From assembly GCA_043746695.1 (NCBI GenBank), contig JAYTQM010000830.1, positions 1 to 59,244 on the forward strand: a stretch of 59,244 bases of DNA. The letters are read 5' to 3'. Every line of letters starts with the position of its first letter. The first letter of the stretch is position 1. A program made the translations under genes and the position numbers. The stretch is from Planctomyces sp. (GTDB lineage: Bacteria > Planctomycetota > Planctomycetia > Planctomycetales > Planctomycetaceae). Shown piece after piece: positions 17,208 to 26,911 of the stretch. The notes below the pieces were generated by a model. It was not told the origin of the DNA, did no database searches, and saw nothing but the letters and a program-made list of their open reading frames with translations.

Positions 17208-17746
17208 ACGTCCGATCCCATTTCCCGTTTTGAAAATCCCCTGCGAGCAGTCCGCTGAGTCTCGCCAGGAACCTGTTCTAACTCACTGTCTTCTTACCGA
17301 TACTGCCGACTCAGTTGACACCGGCTTCGCAACTCGACCGCCTGAAAACTGAGTCCCTCGTTTGAAAACCGGACAACTGGCCGGTCGAACTCATTCGCCC
17401 CACTTTGAACAATAAGCGGCAAAACTCATTGTGGCTTGTACATTCAAAGTGCAGAAGCCGACGATCATCCGCTTCGCCAAGTCAGCCATTGTCGGCTTTC
17501 AAGGCCAGACATTCGGGTGTCCGACACATCAGCCAAGCCAACTGATTGCGAACGACCACGAAGTACGCACGAAATTACTCGTCACGTTGGAGGAAGTCCA
17601 GCAACCGGAAGTCGGAAGGCAAAAGGCAGCAAGTCATAAAAAGTTGGCGGGCCAGCAGATCACCACGGCTCGGTTGCTTCGCGAAACCGGTATCTTCAAA
17701 AAGCGGTACTACGTTGCCGTCATCAACTCGACCGGGAGACTGTTAC

Positions 17747-19057
17747 ATGTCAACTGAGAACCACGAACTGTTGCAGCGAGCTGACGTCGCCTGGTCGCGG
17801 CGTGAAGCAACTCACTTATTGTGGCGAACCGGATTCGGTGCGAGTGCTGAAGAGATTGACGAGGTCACAAATCGCGGACTCGACCAGACGCTTGATCGCT
17901 TGCTGACTCCGCAACCGGAGACGCCGGAGTTCGTGAAGGCCGATCGGTTGCTCCGGCAGGCGGCGTTGGACAGCGGTAACATTCTTGATTTGAAGGCGTG
18001 GTGGTTGCATCGAATGGTGGCCTCAGCCAATCCACTCGTCGAGAAGCTCACATTGCTGTGGCATAATCATTTTGCGACGTCGAATGCCAAAGTGGATTCC
18101 GTACCGCTCATGGTGGCTCAAAACGATTTGCTGCGGCGTGAGTCGCTGGGGAGCTTTCGGCGAGTGCTGCATGGTGTTGCGAAGGATGTCGCGATGCTGT
18201 TGTGGCTCGACAGTAACTCGAACCGCAAGCGGCATCCGAACGAGAACTTTGCCCGCGAGGTGATGGAACTCTTCAGCCTCGGCGTCGGCAACTACTCCGA
18301 ACATGACATCCAAGAAGCTGCGAGAGCATTCACCGGCTGGCACGTTCGTAATGGCGAATTCTGGTTCAATACGATTCAGCACGATGTCGCCGAAAAGGTC
18401 GTCTTTGGCAAGCGAGGCAACTTCGATGGTGATGAGATTGTCGAATTTTGCCTGGAACACCCTGCCTGCCCGCAATTTCTGGCATTCAAACTGTTGCGCC
18501 AGTTTGTCGAACCATCGCCATTGAAAGATCACATCGCCGCGCTCGCCGCTCGCATTCGGCATCACAATTATGAATGGAGTCCAATCCTTCGCGAACTGTT
18601 CGCCTCGCGATTGTTCTTCAGCGTGGAAGCAAGGCAGTCGATCATCAAGTCGCCGGTTGAGTTATTGCTTGGAGCCATTCGGCAGCTAACGGTTAACCCT
18701 AACCTACAAAACGTCGCTCGGCTTTCAGCAGAACTCGGGCAAGACCTCTTTGAACCGCCAACAGTCAAAGGCTGGGACGGCGGTCGATTGTGGATCAGTT
18801 CCACAACGTTGATCCAACGTGCGAACTTCGCCACGGCACTGCTCAAATCAAATCAACTCGGCACCACTTCGCTCGCAAGACTGCGATTCGAAGACGCTGT
18901 GCGCTATTTTGTTGAGCTACTCCTGGCACGAGATATCGGCCCGGAATCTATTTCAGAGCTTCAGCAATTTTTACAGAACCAAACCGGCGACACAGAATCA
19001 CGACTCCGCTCGTTGGCTCAGTTCGTGATGCAAATGCCCGAGTATCAGTTGACGTAG
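17747..19057 (+). CDS. DUF1800 domain-containing protein
   Basis: LTLLWHNHFATS and MELFSLGVGNYSEHDIQEAARAFTGW are typical DUF1800 blocks. Start ATG at 17747 with a GGGAGA SD. Confidence 0.85.
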   Translation: MSTENHELLQRADVAWSRREATHLLWRTGFGASAEEIDEVTNRGLDQTLDRLLTPQPETPEFVKADRLLRQAALDSGNILDLKAWWLHRMVASANPLVEKLTLLWHNHFATSNAKVDSVPLMVAQNDLLRRESLGSFRRVLHGVAKDVAMLLWLDSNSNRKRHPNENFAREVMELFSLGVGNYSEHDIQEAARAFTGWHVRNGEFWFNTIQHDVAEKVVFGKRGNFDGDEIVEFCLEHPACPQFLAFKLLRQFVEPSPLKDHIAALAARIRHHNYEWSPILRELFASRLFFSVEARQSIIKSPVELLLGAIRQLTVNPNLQNVARLSAELGQDLFEPPTVKGWDGGRLWISSTTLIQRANFATALLKSNQLGTTSLARLRFEDAVRYFVELLLARDIGPESISELQQFLQNQTGDTESRLRSLAQFVMQMPEYQLT

Positions 19058-19136
19058 TTGTCGATCTGCCGAACTCGCATCAGGTGCTCGTGTAGTTCCG
19101 GAACGAATTCGTCTCGGAGAGGCTGTGAAAAAATCG

Positions 19137-19199
19137 GTAGCTGAACTCGTGAGAGTTCAGTTTTCGCGACGAATTCTGAAGGCTCACGACTTCAGCTAC
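19137..19199. repeat. REPIN-like family 3, copy b
   Basis: GTAGCTGAACTCGTGAGAGTTCAG, 15-nt spacer, CTGAAGGCTCACGACTTCAGCTAC. Confidence 0.8.
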
Positions 19200-19297
19200 T
19201 AAAAAATCAGAGCCTCGGAGATCGCGCTCCGCCGACTTACCGAGCGATCGCTCTTGGTGGCTTCGCCCTCATTGATTGTTCGGGCTACAGTGCCGCG

Positions 19298-20221
19298 ATG
19301 GCTTACGTCCTTTTTTTGTCGATCTGCTCAATTTGGAGCGGCAGCTTTTTACTCATGAAGAAAGCGTCGCTCGTTTTTTCTCCGATTAGCGTTGGGGCGT
19401 GGCGCGTGGCCGGAGGAGCGGCGGTTTTGCTGCTCTTGTGGCTCTGGCGACGGCAGCCGATCGGTTGGCGACGACGTGATCTCTGGTCGTTGGCGGCGAT
19501 CGTCTTCGCGGGATATGCGTGGCCGTATTGCATTCAAGCGTGGTTGGTCAAACGAAACGGCAGTGCATTCATCGGCATGACGGTGAGCTTTACGCCACTC
19601 TTCACGATGTTGGCTTCGGTCCCGTTGTTGAAAGTGATCCCGCATCCTCGGCAAGCGGCAGGGGTTTTCGGAGCGTTGTGTGGACTCGGTTTGCTGATGA
19701 GCGAAGGGTTCTCGCGACAGATTCCGGCGTTGGATTTGTTGCTGGCGATCACCGTTCCGTTGGGATACGCGCTCGTTAATACGTGGATTCGCCGCGAGCT
19801 GACGCACGTGCCGCCGTTGACGATGTCGCTCGTTTCCATGTCGATTGCGTCGATGATCTTGCAGCCGATGTCGTGGTATGTTGCGTCGCCGATACCGCCA
19901 CGAGCGGATGCGTTCTGGCCAGCAGTTGCCTCACTGGCGGTCCTCGGAATCATCGGAACCGGCCTGGCGATGTTTTGGTTCAACAAGCTGATTCATGATC
20001 GAGGCCCGCTCTTCGCAGGAATGGTGACGAACTTGGTTCCTGCCGGCGCAGTGGTCTGGGGTTGGTGCGACGGCGAAGTAGTCACGCAGCAGCAACTGAT
20101 GGCACTCGCGGTCATTCTTCCGATGGCCGCCCTAGTACAGTTTGGTGGACGACGAGAGATCGCCTTCAGCTTAGACGAGTCACTCCGTGACTCGAAGATG
20201 TCGGATGCAGAAAAGGAGTGA
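19298..20221 (+). CDS. DMT/EamA family transporter
   Basis: About ten hydrophobic helices arranged as two EamA-like halves. Confidence 0.8.
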   Translation: MAYVLFLSICSIWSGSFLLMKKASLVFSPISVGAWRVAGGAAVLLLLWLWRRQPIGWRRRDLWSLAAIVFAGYAWPYCIQAWLVKRNGSAFIGMTVSFTPLFTMLASVPLLKVIPHPRQAAGVFGALCGLGLLMSEGFSRQIPALDLLLAITVPLGYALVNTWIRRELTHVPPLTMSLVSMSIASMILQPMSWYVASPIPPRADAFWPAVASLAVLGIIGTGLAMFWFNKLIHDRGPLFAGMVTNLVPAGAVVWGWCDGEVVTQQQLMALAVILPMAALVQFGGRREIAFSLDESLRDSKMSDAEKE

Positions 20222-20230
20222 CCTCACCCC

Positions 20231-20345
20231 GTAGCGACAGGCGGCTCGCCTGTCGTTTGCTACGAACTCGAACGTGTTCGAGCGAAGCAATTCAACTTCA
20301 GTCGCGGGACCAACTCCGACCACAGGCGAGCCGCCTGTGGCTACG
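20231..20345. repeat. REPIN-like family 2, copy a (long spacer)
   Basis: GTAGCGACAGGCGGCTCGCCTGTCG.., about 56 nt, ..CCACAGGCGAGCCGCCTGTGGCTACG. Confidence 0.85.
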
Positions 20346-20695
20346 CAAACATACCGCAGGGGAACATGGCTCAAGAGCGGAAGAGTCTGCCGCATGACGT
20401 CACGTCCAAGTTCGATGAAGAGTTCATCAACCAATGCGACGGGACGTTGGTGTTGCTCAATTGGGACCAACGTGTGCCGCAGCGTCAGCCCGCCCCGCTC
20501 GCCGGGGAATCTGTTTTTTCACCGGTTGGACGCAGCGACTCGCCCCCGTCGGCGTCGAGGAACTTCCAGTTCGGCATCCGCTGATTCACAAGCGCTCCGC
20601 GTCGCGATTCACGACTCAGAGCATCGTGCCATATTCATGGAAGCGACCGGCTCGTCATGCTTAAGACGGATGGTCCAGATTCCTTGATTCACCGC

Positions 20696-21910
20696 CTACC
20701 GATTAGAAAAGCCTTCGACCTCGTGGATCGTCTTGCGGGGTGCTTTGGGGCGAGCGGATTCGAAGTTGGGAATTTTGTATTCCGGCAGCATTGTGTTGAT
20801 GCGGATTTCGATGTTGGTGAGCTGCTCGCCTTGATCGCGCGTGACGAAGGTGAAGGCGTAACCTTTTTCATCCGACGACAGACGACCGGTGCGACCGACG
20901 CGGTGAACGTAGTCGTCGCAATACTCCGGGATGTCGTAGTTGATGATGTGCGAGATGCCGCTGATGTCGATCCCTCGGCCGACGACGTCGGTGGCGATCA
21001 ACATGCGGACTTCGCCTGAGCGGAACTGCTTCATGACTCGATCGCGGTGCGTCTGAGCCAAGTCGCCATGCAAAATCGCAACGTTCGGCAGCTTGCCGGC
21101 GAACTTGCGATACAAGTCATCGGCTCCTCGTTTTGTGCGGAGAAAAACCAACACTTGCTGCGGACGTTGATCGATCAACAACCAACGGAGAGTTTCCATT
21201 TTGCGATCGTAATCGACGGTCACGTAATACTGCTCGACTGTCTTCACCGCGATGCCGTTCGTAGACATGTCCACTTTTTGTGGCGATTTCATGTAACGAT
21301 TTGCGAGCCTTTCGACCGGTGGCGGCAATGTCGCGGAGAGCAACAGCGTTTGTCGCTCAGATGGGCAGCGACGAAGGATCTTTTCGATGTCCGGTCGAAA
21401 GCCGATGTCGAGCATTCGATCCGCTTCATCTAAGACCACGAATTTCAAATCGCCGAGGTTCAGGGATTGTCGTTCAATCAAGTCGATCACTCGACCTGGC
21501 GTACCAACCGCGACATGCACTCCCTTCTGGAGTTCCGCGATCTGTGCTCGAGCGGGGCGACCGCCGACGATGCAAACAGTCTTACACAGCGAGGAATAAG
21601 ACAGCCGTTTGCACTCCTCGGCGACTTGCTCACTGAGTTCACGAGTCGGAGTCAGCACGAGGGCCTGCACGACGGGGCGACCGAAGTCCAAACGCTCCAG
21701 CAGGGGCAAAACGAACGCAGCGGTTTTGCCCGTTCCTGTGTGAGCTTGGCCGATGCAGTCGGAGCCGCTCATGGCAATTGGAATGAAAGCGGCTTGAATC
21801 GGACTGGGCTTCTCGAACTGCATTTTATGCAGCGCGGCCAAGGTCGGTTCACTCAAGCCCAGATCGGCGAACGAGTCCGACACACTCTTAGCAGATATTG
21901 TCAAAACCAA
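20696..21910 (-). CDS. DEAD-box ATP-dependent RNA helicase
   Basis: AHTGTGKTAAF (motif I), DEAD, SAT, HRVGRTGR. Confidence 0.93.
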   Translation of the reverse strand: MVLTISAKSVSDSFADLGLSEPTLAALHKMQFEKPSPIQAAFIPIAMSGSDCIGQAHTGTGKTAAFVLPLLERLDFGRPVVQALVLTPTRELSEQVAEECKRLSYSSLCKTVCIVGGRPARAQIAELQKGVHVAVGTPGRVIDLIERQSLNLGDLKFVVLDEADRMLDIGFRPDIEKILRRCPSERQTLLLSATLPPPVERLANRYMKSPQKVDMSTNGIAVKTVEQYYVTVDYDRKMETLRWLLIDQRPQQVLVFLRTKRGADDLYRKFAGKLPNVAILHGDLAQTHRDRVMKQFRSGEVRMLIATDVVGRGIDISGISHIINYDIPEYCDDYVHRVGRTGRLSSDEKGYAFTFVTRDQGEQLTNIEIRINTMLPEYKIPNFESARPKAPRKTIHEVEGFSNR

Positions 21911-22013
21911 AACTCCTAATAATTCCCAGCGATTTGATGCAGGCGAAGATAGCTCGGTGGCTAAGGAGCGTCAATTTGCTGTGCGATTCTAGTCATCGCC
22001 TTGCGTGCGACGT

Positions 22014-22505
22014 TTACGACAAATAACGAGCGAGCAACTTACGGCTCGTGGCGTCGAGTTGCTTGGCGTTGGGAACCAAATAGCGCAGACCATGCGAATC
22101 AAGGATCAATGCTTTCTCGTCACCGAGCTTACGAACGTGTTCGTCGCTGTTGAGCACAAAGGTCGTCGCACCGCGATCCGTCTCGACAACCCATTCGCAA
22201 GGTTCCGCGAGAGAGGAAATGCTGATGATGCGTTGAATGACTGGAACGAACTCACGTCGCGTCAGTTCTGTCTGCAATAACTCTCGTTGGTTGTCAGCCA
22301 TCTCTTGAAGGTCGCGAATTTGTGCGATTTCATGCCCCGAAGTATCACACAACGAAATCCAGTGTTCCGGATCGGAAATCGGAAATGCACGGATTGGCTC
22401 GACATTTTCATGAAGTCGGCCTTGTGCGTCAGTCACGATCAAGCGTCCGGCAGCATCTCGCGCGAGTGAAAATGTGGAGCTTCGTTCTGCCAGTGTCGCG
22501 GCCAT
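22014..22505 (-). CDS. DUF1854 domain-containing protein
   Basis: Pattern L.RD..GRL..TDA.G..H..V.P.RAFP.S.P...IS, then REF.P.I..I, W.V.TDRG.T.F.L and LD..SRKLL. Confidence 0.7.
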   Translation of the reverse strand: MAATLAERSSTFSLARDAAGRLIVTDAQGRLHENVEPIRAFPISDPEHWISLCDTSGHEIAQIRDLQEMADNQRELLQTELTRREFVPVIQRIISISSLAEPCEWVVETDRGATTFVLNSDEHVRKLGDEKALILDSHGLRYLVPNAKQLDATSRKLLARYLS

Positions 22506-22620
22506 GCGGAGTTGAGTTCGTTGTCAGTGATAAATGGTCTGCGGCAAACGAGCGTGTGCCGCTTTGAGTTTTTACGAGTCAGCAAGTTGGCGAATGATCC
22601 ACATTTCTTGCGGTGCCGCA

Positions 22621-23505
22621 ATGTCGCTCGCCGAAGGAGTGGCGATTGGTTGTGACGTGGCCTCATTTACCCAACAATTGTCGCGGCGTTTGGGAATCGA
22701 AATTCTTCGAGCCGAGAGTGCTCGTGGCAGACAGGATCGTCGCGTGAGCTTGTTGACGTTGGGTATCGAAACATCGGGTTTTACCGGAGCCATTGCGCTG
22801 CGACGAAACGGCGAGTTGCTGGAGGCGGTGTTGATCGAACAAGTTGGACGACGACACGCTCAGACGTTGGTTTCGGAAGTCGATATTCTGTTGCGGCGAC
22901 ACGCGCTGACCGCAAAACAGCTTGAAGCCGTCGCCGTCAGCATCGGGCCGGGGAGCTTCACCGGGTTAAGAGTTGGTGTGGTCTTTGCCAAAACATTGGC
23001 TTACGCGATTGGCTGTCGATTGGTCGCGGTCGATACTTTCCGAGCGATTGCGTTGGCCAGCCCTGTTGATGTCACAGAAGTCTTTGTGGTTTCAGACGCT
23101 CAGCGAAGTGATCTGTTTGTGGGCCATTACGTTCGCGAGACAACGGCATCGGACAATGAAATCAGCCGCTGGACACGCTCCGCAGAAATCTCGATTGAGC
23201 CACAAGAAGATTGGTGCGTTCGTTTCAGCAAACTCGCTGAGTCACAACCACAGATCGCACTCAGCGGCATTGCTGCCGAATCACTGCGGACGGTGCTCTC
23301 GAGTAACGTAAGAATCCTGGCTCCGGAATACTGTGCGCCGCAAGCGAGCCATATTACCCATTTGGGCGAGCATCAAGTAGAGGTCGGTGACCTAGCAGAT
23401 CATTGGACATTGGAACCGTTTTATCTTCGTCGCAGCGCGGCTGAGGAGAAAGCCGCAGCGGTCAGCCAGCGTTGTCGTGAGACAATCATCAGGGGTGAAT
23501 TGTGA
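22621..23505 (+). CDS. tsaB: tRNA threonylcarbamoyladenosine biosynthesis protein TsaB
   Basis: LLTLGIETSG.. and the VSIGPGSFTGLRVGVVFAKTLA hallmark. The start is uncertain: ATG at 22621, or GTG at 22744 just before the conserved core. Confidence 0.8.
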   Translation: MSLAEGVAIGCDVASFTQQLSRRLGIEILRAESARGRQDRRVSLLTLGIETSGFTGAIALRRNGELLEAVLIEQVGRRHAQTLVSEVDILLRRHALTAKQLEAVAVSIGPGSFTGLRVGVVFAKTLAYAIGCRLVAVDTFRAIALASPVDVTEVFVVSDAQRSDLFVGHYVRETTASDNEISRWTRSAEISIEPQEDWCVRFSKLAESQPQIALSGIAAESLRTVLSSNVRILAPEYCAPQASHITHLGEHQVEVGDLADHWTLEPFYLRRSAAEEKAAAVSQRCRETIIRGEL

Positions 23506-24785
23506 TGCGCAGGCGACTGACTTGCTTGATTGCAACTGTGCTAGTTGTTGGAACAACACTGGCCTACTGGTGGAATGACTGGCGCATCGAGCGGTATGTC
23601 CGCGTTGCACGGTCGGCGCTGAAGGCTCGCGATTCGGAAGGAGCGTTGATCGCTCTGGAAAAAGCGGCAAAAATCGCACCCAACAGTGGCGAAGTTCAAT
23701 TTGTCATGGCTCGCGCGTATCGCCTGCAAGGACGGCTTGAAGATGTGCGTGCGTGCCTTGAGCGAGCACACAAGGTGCAATTCTCGAAAACCTTGATCTC
23801 GCGAGAAGAGTGGCTGGCAATGGCACAGGCCGGTCAAATGGCTCAAGCGGAACCACACCTGGTGGAATTGCTCCTTGATCCGGGCGACGATGGAGCAGAA
23901 ATCTGTGAGGCTTATGCGAATGGCTATCTATTAGCCTATCGATTCGCAGATGCCTTCAGAGTCGTCGATGCTTGGCAGAAAGAGTTTCCCAATGACCCGC
24001 AGCCCCATGTCTTTCGCGGGTTGGTTGCCAATAAGAGCTCTGCTTGGACGGAAGCTGCTGAGCACTTTCAAAAGGCGTTCGAGCTGGATTCAAAGCGAAC
24101 CGATATCCAACTCAAGCTGGCGGATGCACTCCTTGCATTAAGGAAGACGGACGAAGCCGCCAGTCACTTTCGGCAACTCACAAAGACCTGCCCCAATTCA
24201 CCCGAGGTTCAGACTGGCCTGGGACGCACGCTGGTTGAGCAGGGACACTTGGGCGAAGCTCGTGAGTTATTCTCCAGAGTTTTGAAGACCTACCCCAATG
24301 ATTACGACGCGGTCCTGGCGCTTGGAGAACTGGAGTTAAATAATAATCACCTCGAACCGGCTCTCACCCTTCTGCAGCAGGCGCTCAAATTGAATCCCGA
24401 TGATCCAGAAGTCCGCAACGCTTTGGCTGGTGCATTACAACGGGCCGGCCGAACAACAGAAGCCCGCACTCATTTTGAGTTTGTCGCAAATGCTCAAGAA
24501 GTGAATTTGAAGATGCAAGCACTTCGCGAGCGGATTACAGCTAATGCGAAAGACCTCGATGCCCGCTTCGCGCTCGCTGAGTTGCTTCTCGGCAATGGCA
24601 ATCAGACGGATCGAATCACATGGCTGCGCAGCATTGTTGAAATTGATCCCAAATACCAACGTGCTCATGCGGCCTTGGCCGAGCACTACGAGAAAGTCGG
24701 AGACCGTAAGTTGGCGTCGTTGCATCGAGCCCAGTCTCAAACACTCTTGGAAAACACGACTCTTGAAGACAAGCCAAATCAGTAA
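23502..24785 (+). CDS. tetratricopeptide repeat protein (N-terminal TM anchor)
   Basis: Repeated TPR consensus (A..Y...G....A...F..AL..DP). The GTG/ATG start overlaps the tsaB stop (GTGATG). Confidence 0.85.
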   Translation: MMRRRLTCLIATVLVVGTTLAYWWNDWRIERYVRVARSALKARDSEGALIALEKAAKIAPNSGEVQFVMARAYRLQGRLEDVRACLERAHKVQFSKTLISREEWLAMAQAGQMAQAEPHLVELLLDPGDDGAEICEAYANGYLLAYRFADAFRVVDAWQKEFPNDPQPHVFRGLVANKSSAWTEAAEHFQKAFELDSKRTDIQLKLADALLALRKTDEAASHFRQLTKTCPNSPEVQTGLGRTLVEQGHLGEARELFSRVLKTYPNDYDAVLALGELELNNNHLEPALTLLQQALKLNPDDPEVRNALAGALQRAGRTTEARTHFEFVANAQEVNLKMQALRERITANAKDLDARFALAELLLGNGNQTDRITWLRSIVEIDPKYQRAHAALAEHYEKVGDRKLASLHRAQSQTLLENTTLEDKPNQ

Positions 24786-25116
24786 CGCTCACTCCACTGT
24801 CAGCAGTAACGCAAAACGGAAGCCTTGGTTGCATTGATCTGAGTTGTCAGACTCACGGAAAGCGTTGTTGGTCATCTGACGCTCGCTCATCTCAATTGCA
24901 AATGACCTGAACGAAGAGCAGGTAAAGGAAGACATCGCTGCGAGGTTCTTATAGGGTGTGTTTTGGAAAGGCCCTTTGGGAAAGGAGTCCCAGCGATGGT
25001 TCAGCAGATTACTTTTGAAGAGCGTGTTCGGAGAGACGCGTTGCTGGTCGAGAAGTATTCTCCAATACTGACCCTTGTGGCCTTGCCGTCTTGGTCCGAC
25101 AGTCGAGTGCTGCTCC

Positions 25117-25145
25117 TTGACAGTCCGGGTGGCCAAAAGTAATGT
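25117..25145 (+). promoter_or_regulatory. sigma70-like promoter candidate
   Basis: TTGACA (25117-25122), 17-nt spacer, TAATGT (25140-25145), about 315 nt upstream of the nusA ATG. Confidence 0.3.
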
Positions 25146-25460
25146 CACGCTCCGCTCAGCAGGATGGGCAGAAGCCGTCGAAGCCCCGATCGATTTCGGT
25201 GACTCCGACGACACTAATCTGGATGTTGGCATAACCGCGTGAAACCGCGTGAGGAAGTCGACTATGTAGACGTGTCAGTTCTAGGACGTTCCTTTTGGTA
25301 GCGTCTTTGATGGCTTAGCTCTGATGGTTGAGTGTGTTGTCGCTTTGCGACAGCAACGAGAAAAGTGGGTTGACGCCCGCTTTTTTTGTTCCACGGGAAC
25401 CGTCGGCAGGTTGTCTGGCGACTGGGGGGTCGACTCACCCGATCCCACGAAAGGAAAAGT

Positions 25461-26834
25461 ATGAACGGGGCGGACGTCTTACGATTCGTCGATGCATTGC
25501 ACCGCGATCGCAATATCGACAAGACCATCGTCGTTGAAGCGCTGGAGCAGGCGATTTTGTCGGCTGCTAAAAAGCACTTCGGCGAGGATTTTCAAATCGC
25601 GGCGTCAATTGACCCGAGCACTGGCAATCCCACTGTAAAGTGTGATGAAAAAGATATTGACCCGGACATGCTTGGTGAAATTCTCGGACGAATTTCCTCA
25701 CAGACTGCTAAGCAAGTTCTGATGCAGCGGATTCGTGAAGCTGAGCGGGATTCGATCTTCGATGAATACGAAGAATTAAAGGGGCAGTTGGTCAGTGGAG
25801 CGGTGACTCGGTTTGAGGGTGGTTCAGCACTTGTGACTCTCGGTAAAATCGACGGTTTTTTGCCGAAGAGCGAACAGATCCCCGGTGAGTCGCATCGCAT
25901 TGGCGAGCGGATCAGGGCTGTAGTGATTGAAGTTCGCAAGTCAGGCAGTCGAGTGAAGGTCATCCTCTCGCGAACTCACCCGGACCTTGTTCTTCGCTTA
26001 TTTGAGACGGAGATCCCCGAAGTTGCCGAACGGATCATTGAGGTGCGCTCTCTGGCTCGCGAAGCGGGTTATCGTTCAAAGGTTGCTGTATCTTGCTTTG
26101 ATAGCAAGATCGACTCAGTCGGAGCGTGTGTTGGTGTTCGCGGCGCTCGCATCAAGAACATTGTCGATGAATTGGCTGGCGAGCGAATAGACATTGTCCG
26201 ATGGAACGACTCGCTGCAGGTGCTCGTGCCGAATGCGATGCAGCCATCTGAGGTTGAAGACGTTATTTTGTGCCCAATGCTGGGCCGTGTAATTGTATTG
26301 GTCCGCGAAGATCAGCTTTCATTGGCGATCGGTAAGCGTGGCCAAAATGTTCGACTTGCTTCCAAATTAGTTGGCTGGGACATCGAGGTGATGACTCGCG
26401 ACGAATTGAATGAGCAGCTCGAAAAGTCGGTTGCGGCGTTTTCACAAGTGCCGCATATTACGGAAGAATTGGCGGAGAGCTTGGTGTCGCAGGGCTTTTT
26501 TAGCTTCTACGACTTGTCTGTGATTGAGCCGGATCAACTTCAAGAAATGAGCGGGCTAACCCCCGAGGAGTGTGAAGAGATCGTTGTCCATGCCGACGAT
26601 GAAAGCGAAAAACAAGAACACGAAGAAACTCGCCGCAAGGCGGAAATGAAGTTGCAACGAGAAATCGATGCGCGAACTCCAACTGCTTCCGCTACTGTGC
26701 CGTCAGCATCAACTGACGTTGCTGTCGTGGAAGTGTTAGAGGTTGCTGCATCAACCGACGAAGAGACCGCGCCTAACACAGAGACTGAGCCCGAACCACC
26801 TGCGAGTGTCGTGACTGAACCAACCGCCGAGTGA
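25461..26834 (+). CDS. nusA: transcription termination/antitermination factor NusA
   Basis: N-terminal domain, S1 and two KH regions ([34 protein letters not shown]), then an acidic C-terminal extension. AAGGAAAA SD. Confidence 0.95.
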   Translation: MNGADVLRFVDALHRDRNIDKTIVVEALEQAILSAAKKHFGEDFQIAASIDPSTGNPTVKCDEKDIDPDMLGEILGRISSQTAKQVLMQRIREAERDSIFDEYEELKGQLVSGAVTRFEGGSALVTLGKIDGFLPKSEQIPGESHRIGERIRAVVIEVRKSGSRVKVILSRTHPDLVLRLFETEIPEVAERIIEVRSLAREAGYRSKVAVSCFDSKIDSVGACVGVRGARIKNIVDELAGERIDIVRWNDSLQVLVPNAMQPSEVEDVILCPMLGRVIVLVREDQLSLAIGKRGQNVRLASKLVGWDIEVMTRDELNEQLEKSVAAFSQVPHITEELAESLVSQGFFSFYDLSVIEPDQLQEMSGLTPEECEEIVVHADDESEKQEHEETRRKAEMKLQREIDARTPTASATVPSASTDVAVVEVLEVAASTDEETAPNTETEPEPPASVVTEPTAE

Positions 26835-26911
26835 TGTTTCATCACACCGGCCGATGACCTCCGGCCGCAGGCGCTATTTCGACACTTGCCTATCCAATAC
26901 CGAGGGTCCCT

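Noticed and set aside
20222-20695. ORFs in the 474-nt convergent spacer: 20274-20687, 20366-20584 (which has a GGGGA SD-like sequence), and 20180-20470 on the minus strand.
   Set aside because: They overlap each other and the family-2 repeat and none has a motif. They may include a decayed gene remnant, but I cannot support a call.
17747-22505. DUF1800 without its usual DUF1501 partner, and DUF1854 without its usual ABC/cyanophycin neighbours.
   Set aside because: These context oddities rest on my memory of typical neighbourhoods, and nothing in the sequence suggests a new function. They are not pursued as findings.
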